From IMG/VR virus record IMGVR_UViG_3300002026_000015, positions 1 to 64,000 of that record: a stretch of 64,000 nt of DNA. One strand, given 5' to 3'. The translations under genes were made by a program, and so were the position numbers. Positions 9,163-18,410 of this stretch are shown one piece after another. The notes under the pieces are model-generated. The model made no database searches, was not told the origin of the DNA, and saw only the letters and a list, made by a program, of their open reading frames with translations. The stretch comes from a virus. Numbering within the stretch: position 1 is the first letter of the stretch; each line of letters opens with the position of its first letter.

Positions 9163-9675
9163 TCATACCCATTTAGAAGATTCCTTATTTAAATCGTGTA
9201 TGAATGATCTAAAATAGAAGTGTTCATTAACACCTTCTCTATATAGACCATTTTTAACTTCTGTTAATTCAAATTTGTGTCGTCGTAGTAAAGGTTTGAA
9301 CGAATCGTGATTATCATCCGAAACATGAAGTTCTATCCCTTTTGGAATAGAACCTACGGTACTATACATTATATCTCGCATATAATTAACTACATACCCG
9401 AATAACATATGTCCAATACCTTTTTTAAGACAAACAAAAGTGTTTATCTTAAACTTTTTCATGTTAACCACTGCATAACACGATCCTGGGAAGAAGATTA
9501 TATCATGCGTTTTATCAACCAATATTTTATGCTCAACAACTTTGGATATGAATTCAGTGAAATCCGGATAGAACTCTTTAACGTGACCTTCCAAATGATC
9601 TTTAATATTCGAAGAATAATATTGATATTGTGGAGATCTAGAATAATCGCTTAAATGTAAGAATTTTGGAGACAT
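9163..9675 (-). CDS. putative GNAT-family acetyltransferase
   Basis: KINTF..KKGIGHML (acetyl-CoA motif A-like), LLRRHKF, GLYREGVNE C-terminus. Confidence 0.5.
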   Translation of the reverse strand: MSPKFLHLSDYSRSPQYQYYSSNIKDHLEGHVKEFYPDFTEFISKVVEHKILVDKTHDIIFFPGSCYAVVNMKKFKINTFVCLKKGIGHMLFGYVVNYMRDIMYSTVGSIPKGIELHVSDDNHDSFKPLLRRHKFELTEVKNGLYREGVNEHFYFRSFIHDLNKESSKWV

Positions 9676-9677
9676 AG

Positions 9678-10043
9678 TTACATCTCAGATTTAGATAAGT
9701 GTACCAATGACATTTCGATACGATTTTCATGACAATGATTGTAGCTACAATTTGTACAATCTTTAGCTCCATTCTCAAGAATTACGGCATCTCCAGCATC
9801 AATGCCAGGACATGTTGCTTTGTAATAATACGGGCATGTACAAAATAAACAATTGAATCCATGTTTTTCAATATCTACGCTATGACATGGGAAGAATATA
9901 CAATCACGATTTTCAAAGTAATTGTGTTCAAATGGAAATCTTCTTTCAGGATGATCAGTAAGTTGTGCAATCTTTTGCAAATTATTGAGACGACTCATTT
10001 CCGGATCACTATTAACATAATCTTTACCAAATGATGAACTCAT
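9678..10043 (-). CDS. cysteine-rich small domain (zf-like) protein
   Basis: C.FFPCH...FNCLFC.CP.Y...C...G.KDC.NC...H pattern. Confidence 0.8.
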   Translation of the reverse strand: MSSSFGKDYVNSDPEMSRLNNLQKIAQLTDHPERRFPFEHNYFENRDCIFFPCHSVDIEKHGFNCLFCTCPYYYKATCPGIDAGDAVILENGAKDCTNCSYNHCHENRIEMSLVHLSKSEM

Positions 10044-10189
10044 TATTTATTCCCCTGCTTACGTTTTGATATAACTTTTTTCATTCTTTCGACGATCTTT
10101 TCATACAGATTTACAACTACATTAGTCTTATGTAGTTGCTCGATTTCATAGTCTGGATCATTTTCAATAAGTTTGAACGGGTACGTCAT
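10043..10189 (-). CDS. small hypothetical protein (48 aa, not in ORF track)
   Basis: AGGAG RBS, TAATG overlap with next gene, late promoter AACA-TATTAA-TA at 10206-10217. Confidence 0.6.
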   Translation of the reverse strand: MTYPFKLIENDPDYEIEQLHKTNVVVNLYEKIVERMKKVISKRKQGNK

Positions 10190-10312
10190 AACACTCTCCT
10201 TGATGTATTAATATGTTTAATCATTAATGAAAATAGTATTAGAATATATATTTAATATTGGATAGATATATGAATATTTACTATCTTAATTATATTAACA
10301 AAGAGGTTTAAA

Positions 10313-10621
10313 ATGACTGCGACTGACATTTATTCAAAGTATAACCCAAAAGGTGGTTATAAACTTACTGTAGGTGAGGGATTATATCTTAGAGCCGATA
10401 CAGCGATGATGTTTATCAACTCCGAATCGCCGGAACCAAAAGTTGTTGAAGATGTTAAAATTCTTACACATCTTGAAGATATAGATAGATCTATTGTGGT
10501 AAGAGCCGCTTCAGTAGAAATTGAAGCCGGGTGCTTCATATCTATTGATCACATTCGGAACTTTATAAAGATTGGTAAAGAAAAATACTTCAAAGTTAAG
10601 GTTGTAAAATTTAAAAATTGA
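10313..10621 (+). CDS. hypothetical protein (early)
   Basis: 102 aa, GAGG RBS, early promoter near 10243, terminator 10621-10647. Confidence 0.75.
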   Translation: MTATDIYSKYNPKGGYKLTVGEGLYLRADTAMMFINSESPEPKVVEDVKILTHLEDIDRSIVVRAASVEIEAGCFISIDHIRNFIKIGKEKYFKVKVVKFKN

Positions 10622-10647
10622 AAAGTGGGATAACTCCCACTTTTTTT
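10621..10647 (+). terminator. intrinsic terminator
   Basis: AAAAGTGGGA-taac-TCCCACTTTT. Confidence 0.75.
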
Positions 10648-10683
10648 GGACATTTTATTGATAAACTATAATCGGAGGATATA

Positions 10684-11196
10684 ATGAGCAATGACAAATC
10701 GTTAGAGGATGCAATTGGCGAATTGTTCGGAGAGAGTAATGAAAATCAACTATATATGATAGTTGATATCGATGGAACTATTGCCGAACTAGGAAATAGA
10801 TTGAAATGTATTGAAGAAGAACCTAAAGATTATGATCAGTTCTTTAAGAGATGTGGAGAAGACACTCCGATTGCTGAAACAATCGCGCTTGTAGAAACTC
10901 TCGATAAAAACCTCAAAATCGTAACAGTATTTTGCACAGGTCGTCCAGAAAGTGTTAGAGATATCACTGTAGAATGGCTTGGAAATAATGTAAAAATTTC
11001 AGAGTATAAATTGTTAATGAGACCTGACGATACTCTTGGTGAAATACACGATACTGAAGTTAAAACCAAATTAATGGATGATAACGGTATCAATGTAAAT
11101 AATACATTGTTTATCCTCGAAGATAGAAATGTTATGGTTAAACATTTCCGCGATAAAGGTTATAAAGTCTTACAAGTTCGAGATGGTGATTTTTAA
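10684..11196 (+). CDS. HAD-family phosphatase (T4 PNK 3'-phosphatase-like)
   Basis: DIDGT, CTGRPE, LLMRP, K and EDR motifs. Confidence 0.88.
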   Translation: MSNDKSLEDAIGELFGESNENQLYMIVDIDGTIAELGNRLKCIEEEPKDYDQFFKRCGEDTPIAETIALVETLDKNLKIVTVFCTGRPESVRDITVEWLGNNVKISEYKLLMRPDDTLGEIHDTEVKTKLMDDNGINVNNTLFILEDRNVMVKHFRDKGYKVLQVRDGDF

Positions 11197-11202
11197 ATAA
11201 CT

Positions 11203-11228
11203 TTAAGTGGGGATATTTCCCCACTTAA
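11203..11228. terminator. bidirectional terminator
   Basis: TTAAGTGGGGA-tatt-TCCCCACTTAA. Confidence 0.7.
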
Positions 11229-11240
11229 TCATTATTTTAT

Positions 11241-11411
11241 TTATAAATTTAAGTCTAATTCACGATAAGATTTTTCTGTGATTCGTTTACGTTTTGGAAC
11301 TATAACTTTATCTTCAATGAGTTGTTTGTGTTCTTCACTTCCTTTAACAACTACTCTCACAACAACCCTGTTACATCCACATTTGCATCTAGTGTCTAAA
11401 GCTACCTTCAT
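11241..11411 (-). CDS. small basic protein with CxCGC motif (56 aa, not in ORF track)
   Basis: MKVALDTRCKCGCNRVVV...; AGGAG RBS; late promoter AACA-TTCTAA-TA at 11441-11452. Confidence 0.6.
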   Translation of the reverse strand: MKVALDTRCKCGCNRVVVRVVVKGSEEHKQLIEDKVIVPKRKRITEKSYRELDLNL

Positions 11412-11520
11412 CAATTTAACTCCTATTAAACCATGACATCTATTAGAATGTTTTGCAAATTCAATGTAAACACATGACTATATATTAAATAATGGTATAA
11501 CAATTGAAAATGGAGATTAT

Positions 11521-11886
11521 ATGAAAGATTATTCTCACGTTCCGGTCAATAGAAGAAGATTCTTAAACGATGATGTCGTCGAAAAAGTTATCTGTTCAGC
11601 TATTTGGTTAAAAGATTTTAGATCGGACGAAGAAGATATTACACTTCCTCAACAACCTTGGAACGTTAAAGAGGGAATAGTTGTAACAGGTTTAAGGCAT
11701 TGTAATTGTATAGTTACAATATGTTTACTAACTGGTAAACGTATGAGTGATTTCAACAATAAAATTCAAGGGTTTATTACAAATAAACACAATTTTGTTA
11801 CAAGAGAAGAAGCTGCAAAAATTGCTTGGGATTCAGGTCAACTTGTAGAAGAAACTGATCATTTATTTAGTGAAGATGTTTGGTAA
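11521..11886 (+). CDS. conserved-looking phage hypothetical protein
   Basis: ICSAIW...G.RH...QGFIT...FVTREEA..IA...LFSED pattern; first gene after an early promoter near 11478. Confidence 0.8.
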   Translation: MKDYSHVPVNRRRFLNDDVVEKVICSAIWLKDFRSDEEDITLPQQPWNVKEGIVVTGLRHCNCIVTICLLTGKRMSDFNNKIQGFITNKHNFVTREEAAKIAWDSGQLVEETDHLFSEDVW

Positions 11887-11897
11887 AGGAGTTATAG

Positions 11898-12368
11898 ATG
11901 AATCCAATGAATATGTATTTATCGCCAAGTTATAATGAATATTATGCGGCATATGATCCAGATACTGCAGCGAAGGTTACTCAAATGGGTCGTAAAACAG
12001 TATCGAATCTTGAGAAGGTTTTTGAAGATTTTCTTAGTAATCTCGAAGCTAATAATAAAATTATTCAATTTCCAAGGCAGTCGTATAAACCATTACACCA
12101 TAACGCTTTCCAAAAAGTGTATTATGAAAATATGCTCATGGAACTTGTACGAAAAATTAACAATAATCCTAATTATATCGCAAGAATTGTAATGGGGAAA
12201 GTTGGCGAAAGTAATTTCGGAGGTCGTGGTATCGTTATAAATGAACCTTCTATAATTCTAGATTCATGGCCTGTACAAGCGGGTAAGTCTGAAATTACTA
12301 GAAGTAGCGTTGAAAAACTTATCAATGAAGTTACTCAAAAAGCAATGAGTCGTAAAAACGGAATTTAA
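11898..12368 (+). CDS. hypothetical protein
   Basis: 156 aa, AGGAG RBS. Confidence 0.75.
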   Translation: MNPMNMYLSPSYNEYYAAYDPDTAAKVTQMGRKTVSNLEKVFEDFLSNLEANNKIIQFPRQSYKPLHHNAFQKVYYENMLMELVRKINNNPNYIARIVMGKVGESNFGGRGIVINEPSIILDSWPVQAGKSEITRSSVEKLINEVTQKAMSRKNGI

Positions 12369-12381
12369 TTAGGAGTTTACA

Positions 12382-13431
12382 ATGAATTTTCAAGTAAAAG
12401 TTGACTTTCAGCCACAAATTATGAATATTGAGGCTGAAGATGAGGAACAGGCAATCTTATACGCTCAGAAAAAGATGGATGATGTTCCAACACTATTTGG
12501 TGGTTCCGGATCCATGCCAATTTTCACTAATGATACAAAATATCGATATCGCATTGTAAAATACCCAGATAATCCAATTCCTGGAATGATTGATCTTGGC
12601 GATGTTAAAGATTGTACACTTGGCGTTGATATTAGCGGAGCCGGAGTATCCAGTTCGAGAGACAGTTCGATTGTAGAAATGTTGATGCAATTGGATCCGA
12701 AAGCTGATCCTGAATCACTACATGTCGTATCTGAAAAAGCTCCAGGTACAGTTGAATGTACAGAGGATGAAGTTGCAAATGGATTGAAAATTGACATATC
12801 ATTCTCAGATACCGAGAAATATGATGAGGATGTAGTTCTAGCATTCAAACAATTAGCAGCTCGTAAATCTTCAAAAGATCAAACTTTAATTGTCGGAATG
12901 GATTTCGGATCGACGGAAGATGGGTATGTGTTACATTCCATTGGTGATACTAAGTATGAGGGTAAACTTGAACTTAAAAACTATGCAACCCCAACTCCGG
13001 ATGTAGTTGTAGTTCCAGCGCCTGTAACTTCGAGTTATGCTCTATTGTATAACCCAAAGAATAAATACATTGGCGAAATTACAACCATCGAACAATTGTT
13101 ATCTGTAAGGAATTCAATTAAAGATCTTGGGGTTAATGGGTATTATCTTGCGCTGAATGATCATTCCACAATAGGAATTGATAAGTATGGTGAACTGGAA
13201 CGGTATCCTGAAGGGTTCTTCGATGAGTACCTTGATTTATTGTTGAAACTTACAGATCGTCCAGGTCCAGATAAAGTTTCAATTAATCCATTCGGCAAAG
13301 ATAATCTTGACAAAGTTTTTTCGGAGAAAAATCATGAAGAATATGATAGACTAAAATTTCCGAATGCGGAAGATTATAAGAAGTTGATGGAACTTAGAGG
13401 TGAAACGGACAATTTTCGCAATGAAATATAA
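12382..13431 (+). CDS. hypothetical protein
   Basis: 349 aa, AGGAG RBS. Confidence 0.8.
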   Translation: MNFQVKVDFQPQIMNIEAEDEEQAILYAQKKMDDVPTLFGGSGSMPIFTNDTKYRYRIVKYPDNPIPGMIDLGDVKDCTLGVDISGAGVSSSRDSSIVEMLMQLDPKADPESLHVVSEKAPGTVECTEDEVANGLKIDISFSDTEKYDEDVVLAFKQLAARKSSKDQTLIVGMDFGSTEDGYVLHSIGDTKYEGKLELKNYATPTPDVVVVPAPVTSSYALLYNPKNKYIGEITTIEQLLSVRNSIKDLGVNGYYLALNDHSTIGIDKYGELERYPEGFFDEYLDLLLKLTDRPGPDKVSINPFGKDNLDKVFSEKNHEEYDRLKFPNAEDYKKLMELRGETDNFRNEI

Positions 13432-13648
13432 TGCTGGAGATATAATCAATGTAAACTCTAGCGAGGGTGACGTAAAAACGTTATACGTCACAATTGTTAA
13501 TGAAGAAGACTCGACTATAACAGGCGGTATAATGAGTAAGAAGTATACTGAAGTGGTTCCTTTCGATAATATAATAAATGTTGTCGAAGAGAGTCCTTCA
13601 ACATCAATTAGAACTCTATTTTCGTTAGGAGAAATAAAATATGTGTAA
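13421..13648 (+). CDS. hypothetical protein
   Basis: overlapping operon gene. Confidence 0.6.
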   Translation: MKYNAGDIINVNSSEGDVKTLYVTIVNEEDSTITGGIMSKKYTEVVPFDNIINVVEESPSTSIRTLFSLGEIKYV

Positions 13649-14138
13649 TCCATTTAGTTATTTGACCATAGAACAAAAGAATCCTTTGGATGAATATTAT
13701 AGTTCTATACATGAAAAATTTCATCATCCGGATAGACCGGATATTGATACGTATGCGAAACGTGCAGGGATACTTGAAACTTTAACATTTGGTGCTAAAA
13801 ACTTAATTGCAAAAATTCCTCTTTATAAAAGAGAAGGACTTGGCGAGACTGATATTCATATCGTCAAAGGTGATGAGAAGTATGTATCGATAGTAATCCC
13901 AAAAATTGATAGATTCTACAACTTTATCAGAGATGAGCATTCCAAAATTGACATTTGTGCTAAAGTTGTAAACTATCTTAAAACACTTCGCGAGTATGGC
14001 GAATTAATTTTGGATGATACTGAACACTCACGTACAGGAGTTATCAATTTGTCTTTTGAAGAGATTGACATCTTATATATTAATGGTTCAGAGGGTGCTA
14101 AAAGATTTTGGTCTGAAGTTATCTTATTAACCTCTTAA
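13641..14138 (+). CDS. hypothetical protein
   Basis: 165 aa, AGGAG RBS. Confidence 0.75.
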   Translation: MCNPFSYLTIEQKNPLDEYYSSIHEKFHHPDRPDIDTYAKRAGILETLTFGAKNLIAKIPLYKREGLGETDIHIVKGDEKYVSIVIPKIDRFYNFIRDEHSKIDICAKVVNYLKTLREYGELILDDTEHSRTGVINLSFEEIDILYINGSEGAKRFWSEVILLTS

Positions 14139-14148
14139 GGAAAAAATT

Positions 14149-14382
14149 ATGAAGATTATTTTAGCAATTCTTAAAGGTTTTGGAGATTTAATAGGACAAT
14201 GTCTAGCATCTCTAGCATTGGCTGCCATATTTGGATTTATATTGTTTTGGTTAATGTCATTGGGAGGATTACTTTTCTTAGTAATGCCAGCTCCAATTTG
14301 GGTTAAAATTATAGTAATAGCTATAGACGTTTTTATCCTATACGTAATAGGATATAATAGCTCTACCGAAGAAAGAGGTTAA
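14149..14382 (+). CDS. small membrane protein (2 TM)
   Basis: two hydrophobic stretches. Confidence 0.7.
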   Translation: MKIILAILKGFGDLIGQCLASLALAAIFGFILFWLMSLGGLLFLVMPAPIWVKIIVIAIDVFILYVIGYNSSTEERG

Positions 14383-14384
14383 TT

Positions 14385-14951
14385 GTGCAATTTCTAGGAT
14401 ATCAAACTGTAGTAAATCTCGATAAATGTGAGTTCTTTAAGCTTAATTTTCGAGAACAAGATACCACATTTGTCGAAATCAAATTCGTATATGGGGAAGG
14501 TAAAAGTATCGACGCTGAAAGCAACGATTCTCCTATACGACGTATAATTAGATTTTTCCACTCATCTAAAATATACGATTTTATTAGACATGGCGGATTA
14601 CCAAGAGAGTTTGCAAATGATCTACAGCTTATACATAACAATTGCTCTCTAGATATCCCATTTTTCATGTGTGGCGATGGAGTTGTATCTATACGACAAG
14701 CTATATCAAACTCTTCAAAATACATAGCTCTTTCAAATTGTCGCAGAGACGACGAAAGAGTGTGTATGGCGCTACTGAAATATATCAACCGGAATGAAAC
14801 TTTCATAACTAATGAAAATCTTCTGAAATGGTTTTTCGATAAAGGTCAAGTGTTTGCAGCATTTCACCATGCGGTTATTGAAAATAAAAATGGTTACCCG
14901 ACGTTGATTACTCTCAAACGTCTTAAACTTGAGGAGGTTTCAAATGAGTAA
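14385..14951 (+). CDS. hypothetical protein
   Basis: 188 aa, GAGG RBS. Confidence 0.7.
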   Translation: MQFLGYQTVVNLDKCEFFKLNFREQDTTFVEIKFVYGEGKSIDAESNDSPIRRIIRFFHSSKIYDFIRHGGLPREFANDLQLIHNNCSLDIPFFMCGDGVVSIRQAISNSSKYIALSNCRRDDERVCMALLKYINRNETFITNENLLKWFFDKGQVFAAFHHAVIENKNGYPTLITLKRLKLEEVSNE

Positions 14952-15321
14952 CCCTGATCAGCATAAATTGATACGTGCACCATGGAAAACTCCTTATGGG
15001 ATGAGTAATATTGAATGTTTGGAAATGATTCTTCGTGGCGGAAATGTAAAACTTTCTATCAGACAAGTTGAATCATTCGTTAAGGATGAATATATCCTCA
15101 CGGTTGTAAAAAACTCCGATTTATTGATTGACAAATTCTGTTTCAGATCGTTTCCTGCTCAGAGAACGATTGATGAGTGTTATAAAGATACACCCGATGA
15201 AACAGATGAATGTACAGTAGTTATCGATGCGAAGAAGATTAGACAGGTTATAATACCTGATCCTAAATCTTTCATATTAGATGTTAGTCTTGGTATACAA
15301 TTTGTAATTGAATTTGTTTAA
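14944..15321 (+). CDS. hypothetical protein
   Basis: GAGGAGG RBS before ATG 14944. Confidence 0.7.
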   Translation: MSNPDQHKLIRAPWKTPYGMSNIECLEMILRGGNVKLSIRQVESFVKDEYILTVVKNSDLLIDKFCFRSFPAQRTIDECYKDTPDETDECTVVIDAKKIRQVIIPDPKSFILDVSLGIQFVIEFV

Positions 15322-15338
15322 ATAATTGGGAGGTCATT

Positions 15339-15644
15339 ATGGAGTTGATAGCAATAAATCTAACTCTATCAGATAGTGAAATCGGTAAGGAGCATACATT
15401 TTCGCACAATGTTATATCGATTCCAAACGTTGGGGATATTATAACTGTGAAGTATTCTCCCCTTAAGAATGGTAATTTTATTGATATTGATTTTAAGGTT
15501 ATAAAAGTAAATCATAGACTTGAAGGTATTGAATTATCTGACAGATACGATCATCTTGTAATTCCATATTATGTCGATGCAAACTCCCACACAAAATCAT
15601 CGATCAATGTTATCTGTAATAGGATTAGAGATAGGTGTAGGTAA
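15339..15644 (+). CDS. hypothetical protein
   Basis: 101 aa, GGAGG RBS. Confidence 0.7.
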   Translation: MELIAINLTLSDSEIGKEHTFSHNVISIPNVGDIITVKYSPLKNGNFIDIDFKVIKVNHRLEGIELSDRYDHLVIPYYVDANSHTKSSINVICNRIRDRCR

Positions 15645-15648
15645 AACT

Positions 15649-15912
15649 ATGTCTTGTAAAATAATAATAATTGGAGATCCGTCTCAAAAATTGTTACAAT
15701 TTGCATTGGCAAACCAATTTGAAATTGAAATTTGTCCACCTGAAAAAGTTGATAGTTTAGAATCTAATTTACTCTATAGTGAACGTCGAAGTATAAGTCG
15801 TTCACTTGATATCTTAGCTGAAGAGTGCAAGCTAAATGAAATTAAAATTGCTAATACTCGATATCCTACAAAGCAGGATAGAAGAAATTGGCGTAAATTT
15901 AACAAGAACTGA
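15649..15912 (+). CDS. hypothetical protein
   Basis: operon position, AGG RBS. Confidence 0.6.
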   Translation: MSCKIIIIGDPSQKLLQFALANQFEIEICPPEKVDSLESNLLYSERRSISRSLDILAEECKLNEIKIANTRYPTKQDRRNWRKFNKN

Positions 15913-15921
15913 GAATTTACT

Positions 15922-16290
15922 ATGGAAAAGAAAAAATACCCTGTGAAACTTGGAGATATAGTTGTTGGTGAATGTGAAGCTCCTGATGAAAATGGAGTTT
16001 CAGAAGTCACCATAACCAGTCCGGAATTACTTGAATTGGTAAATAAAGCCCCATCATTTGGAATGAGTGTGAGATACTCTGCGGAATTTGCTGACGATGA
16101 AACGTTTATCTTGACCGATAGTGGAACGATTGAAAATATCACCAAACCTGTAAAACAATCGGTTATTATCTTGGGAGATGATGGAACACTGCACCATGGT
16201 GTTGAAGAAGTTCAACCGCTCGGAGAACAGATTTTCCATATTTCAAGATCCCAAATACTGGAGGAGCAGTATGGACCCGATGAAAGATAA
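15922..16290 (+). CDS. hypothetical protein
   Basis: 122 aa acidic ORF. Confidence 0.7.
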   Translation: MEKKKYPVKLGDIVVGECEAPDENGVSEVTITSPELLELVNKAPSFGMSVRYSAEFADDETFILTDSGTIENITKPVKQSVIILGDDGTLHHGVEEVQPLGEQIFHISRSQILEEQYGPDER

Positions 16291-16765
16291 TCCTTATGTA
16301 AGGGAATTTGAAGGTGAATTCTATGCTCCATGTTGGCTTGAAAAGAATACTCTTGGCGGATTATTGGACATGTTTGTTTCATATACTGGCGGTGGTGGAT
16401 GGCATGCTCAATTCAGATTTGTCAATATTAAAGATATTGACAGAGAAGTAGTATATCTTCGAACTTTCAGCCGAGCATATGAAATTCCGTATGGCAATTG
16501 GTTAACTCCTCAATTTTTGGACATGTTGTGGGATCATTCGATTACAAAAAGTCGGAAAGATTACGTTCAAACTTCACAAAGGTATATCCAAATCGATCTG
16601 TTAAACCATTCATTGGAATTTGTAGCGGGTATGATAAGCGACGAAGCTGATCGTAAACGTGAACCAATTGATGTATTAGTCATCGATAATTGTGAAAGCT
16701 TCTTGGATCCGAAGAAGAGACGTCCTCCAAAAATGGTCAAGTGTGTTAATGGAAGTTTTATTTAA
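16271..16765 (+). CDS. hypothetical protein
   Basis: GGAGGAG RBS before ATG 16271. Confidence 0.7.
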   Translation: MDPMKDNPYVREFEGEFYAPCWLEKNTLGGLLDMFVSYTGGGGWHAQFRFVNIKDIDREVVYLRTFSRAYEIPYGNWLTPQFLDMLWDHSITKSRKDYVQTSQRYIQIDLLNHSLEFVAGMISDEADRKREPIDVLVIDNCESFLDPKKRRPPKMVKCVNGSFI

Positions 16766-16775
16766 CTAAAGGAAA

Positions 16776-17630
16776 ATGATCATGTTATATTTCCCAAAAT
16801 TTGATAATGGGATATCTAAAACTATGGCCGAAGTAATGCTGGAACCTAATGATCCTGTCCACGGGATTGATCATACAAGGGAAGTATTCAATACGTGTAT
16901 GAATATACTACATAGCCGTGTCGATGATGATGGTAGATTGTATGTAGATTTCAATACTTGGGAGAGTGAAAAACCAGCACCAACATTGATTGTGACCCAA
17001 AGAATTATTAATATCATGGTGATCGCAACAGCTTTCCACGATGTTTGTCGCGGAAAAGATAATCATGAAATTGAAGGCGCAAAATTGTTTGAATCTTATT
17101 TCAGCGATATTTCCGAAACAGTTCCGGGTAAAAAATCGGTATTTACTATTGTTGAGAAGGATCTAGTTTATGAGATCATGCTCGATAAAGATGATGTTGA
17201 AGTTGTAAAATGTATAATAAAGTCGCACAGATCATCGAATGGACAAACTTTACATCTTATAAATCAACCAGATATGATGTGTGCAATTCTTCGGGATGCT
17301 GATAAACTTGATGCTATTGGTGTCAACGGAATTAGAAGATGTATTATACATGGTGCGATGAATGGTCAACCATTTCATGATCCACAACTACTGCCTAAAA
17401 ATAAGTATGATGGAAATTCCACAACTGGTGTCAATCATATCTTTGAAAAGTTGTTGAAGATTAACCCTGAATCAATGTATACAAAAAGTGCATCTGCTAT
17501 GGCTGAACGTGGACATGTTTCTTTGGTAAAATTTATTGAAATCATTGACAAAGAAACTATTCCAACGTTATTTGGAATTGGTACACAGAATCCTTACAGT
17601 GTGCATATAACTGAACCTGGAAAAGATTGA
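16776..17630 (+). CDS. HD-domain phosphohydrolase
   Basis: HGIDH, FHD, SH and DADKLDAIG motifs; EKLLK in the C-terminal region. Confidence 0.9.
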   Translation: MIMLYFPKFDNGISKTMAEVMLEPNDPVHGIDHTREVFNTCMNILHSRVDDDGRLYVDFNTWESEKPAPTLIVTQRIINIMVIATAFHDVCRGKDNHEIEGAKLFESYFSDISETVPGKKSVFTIVEKDLVYEIMLDKDDVEVVKCIIKSHRSSNGQTLHLINQPDMMCAILRDADKLDAIGVNGIRRCIIHGAMNGQPFHDPQLLPKNKYDGNSTTGVNHIFEKLLKINPESMYTKSASAMAERGHVSLVKFIEIIDKETIPTLFGIGTQNPYSVHITEPGKD

Positions 17631-17643
17631 TTTAATCAAGTTC

Positions 17644-17768
17644 AACATGCGTTTGAACAACCCAATAGTCGAAAGACTAATCTAATGTAAACCGTATCAA
17701 CTAAAGGGGAAATGCCTATGGGAGGAAAACTTCTAATTAACTAGGGTTTGACTTAACAAGGAAATTTA
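17644..17768 (+). promoter_or_regulatory. late promoter plus structured 5' leader of lytic enzyme gene
   Basis: AACA-TGCGTT-TG at 17644-17655; TAGTC-GAAA-GACTA hairpin; AACCC/GGGTT enclosing stem. Confidence 0.45.
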
Positions 17769-18359
17769 ATGCGATCTATCAAAGTAGTTCTTCTACTAAC
17801 AACTTTAACAGTACTATCTGCTAATGAATATTTGCCGGTAAATAATATTGTCCAAACTATTGATACGTCTAAATCGATTGCGGTTATAGATACCACTACA
17901 ACTCCTGTTGTAAAGGTTGACCCTGGAATTGGTTTTGATTTCAAGAAATTTGCCAAGATTATAGAAAGTAAAGAGTCTGGTGGAGATCCACGTGCTGTTA
18001 GCTGCTCCAAGATGTATATAGGTTTGTATCAAATTGGGGATTTAGCTTTAAAAGAAATTGGTATGAAGAATGTATCTGTGGCGAAGTTTATCAGAAATCC
18101 TGATATATTTCCAGCGGATGCACAGTTGCTAGCTCTGGAAAAGCTAGCTTTGAAAAATCAACAATACCTTGAAAAAGAGATTAAAAGGTTTGTAGGTAAA
18201 GAAGTACACGGTTACACCATAACTAAAGCTGGGTTACTTGGCGCCGCTCACCATATCGGTGTTGGCAGAGTTAAACAGTTCTTGTATACCGGCAATGTTG
18301 CTCGGGATGGGTCAGGTGTTCCGTTAACAACATTTATCAAGGCTATGGTTGACATTTAA
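17769..18359 (+). CDS. lysozyme-like/lytic transglycosylase (candidate endolysin) with N-terminal signal peptide
   Basis: MRSIKVVLLLTTLTVLSA signal; catalytic-type ESGG, GLYQI, LLGAAH.G motifs. Confidence 0.8.
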   Translation: MRSIKVVLLLTTLTVLSANEYLPVNNIVQTIDTSKSIAVIDTTTTPVVKVDPGIGFDFKKFAKIIESKESGGDPRAVSCSKMYIGLYQIGDLALKEIGMKNVSVAKFIRNPDIFPADAQLLALEKLALKNQQYLEKEIKRFVGKEVHGYTITKAGLLGAAHHIGVGRVKQFLYTGNVARDGSGVPLTTFIKAMVDI

Positions 18360-18362
18360 GAG

Positions 18363-18393
18363 TATTTACTGCGGGATAGTCCCGCAGTAAATA
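18363..18393 (+). terminator. terminator hairpin
   Basis: TATTTACTGCGGGA-tag-TCCCGCAGTAAATA; near-identical stem at 57968. Confidence 0.7.
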
Positions 18394-18410
18394 TTTTATA
18401 TAAATTAAAA

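Noticed and set aside
17659-17700. c-di-GMP-I or c-di-AMP riboswitch
   Set aside because: Only a GAAA tetraloop hairpin matches; the conserved GCAAA/GACGC or GCUGAA elements are absent.
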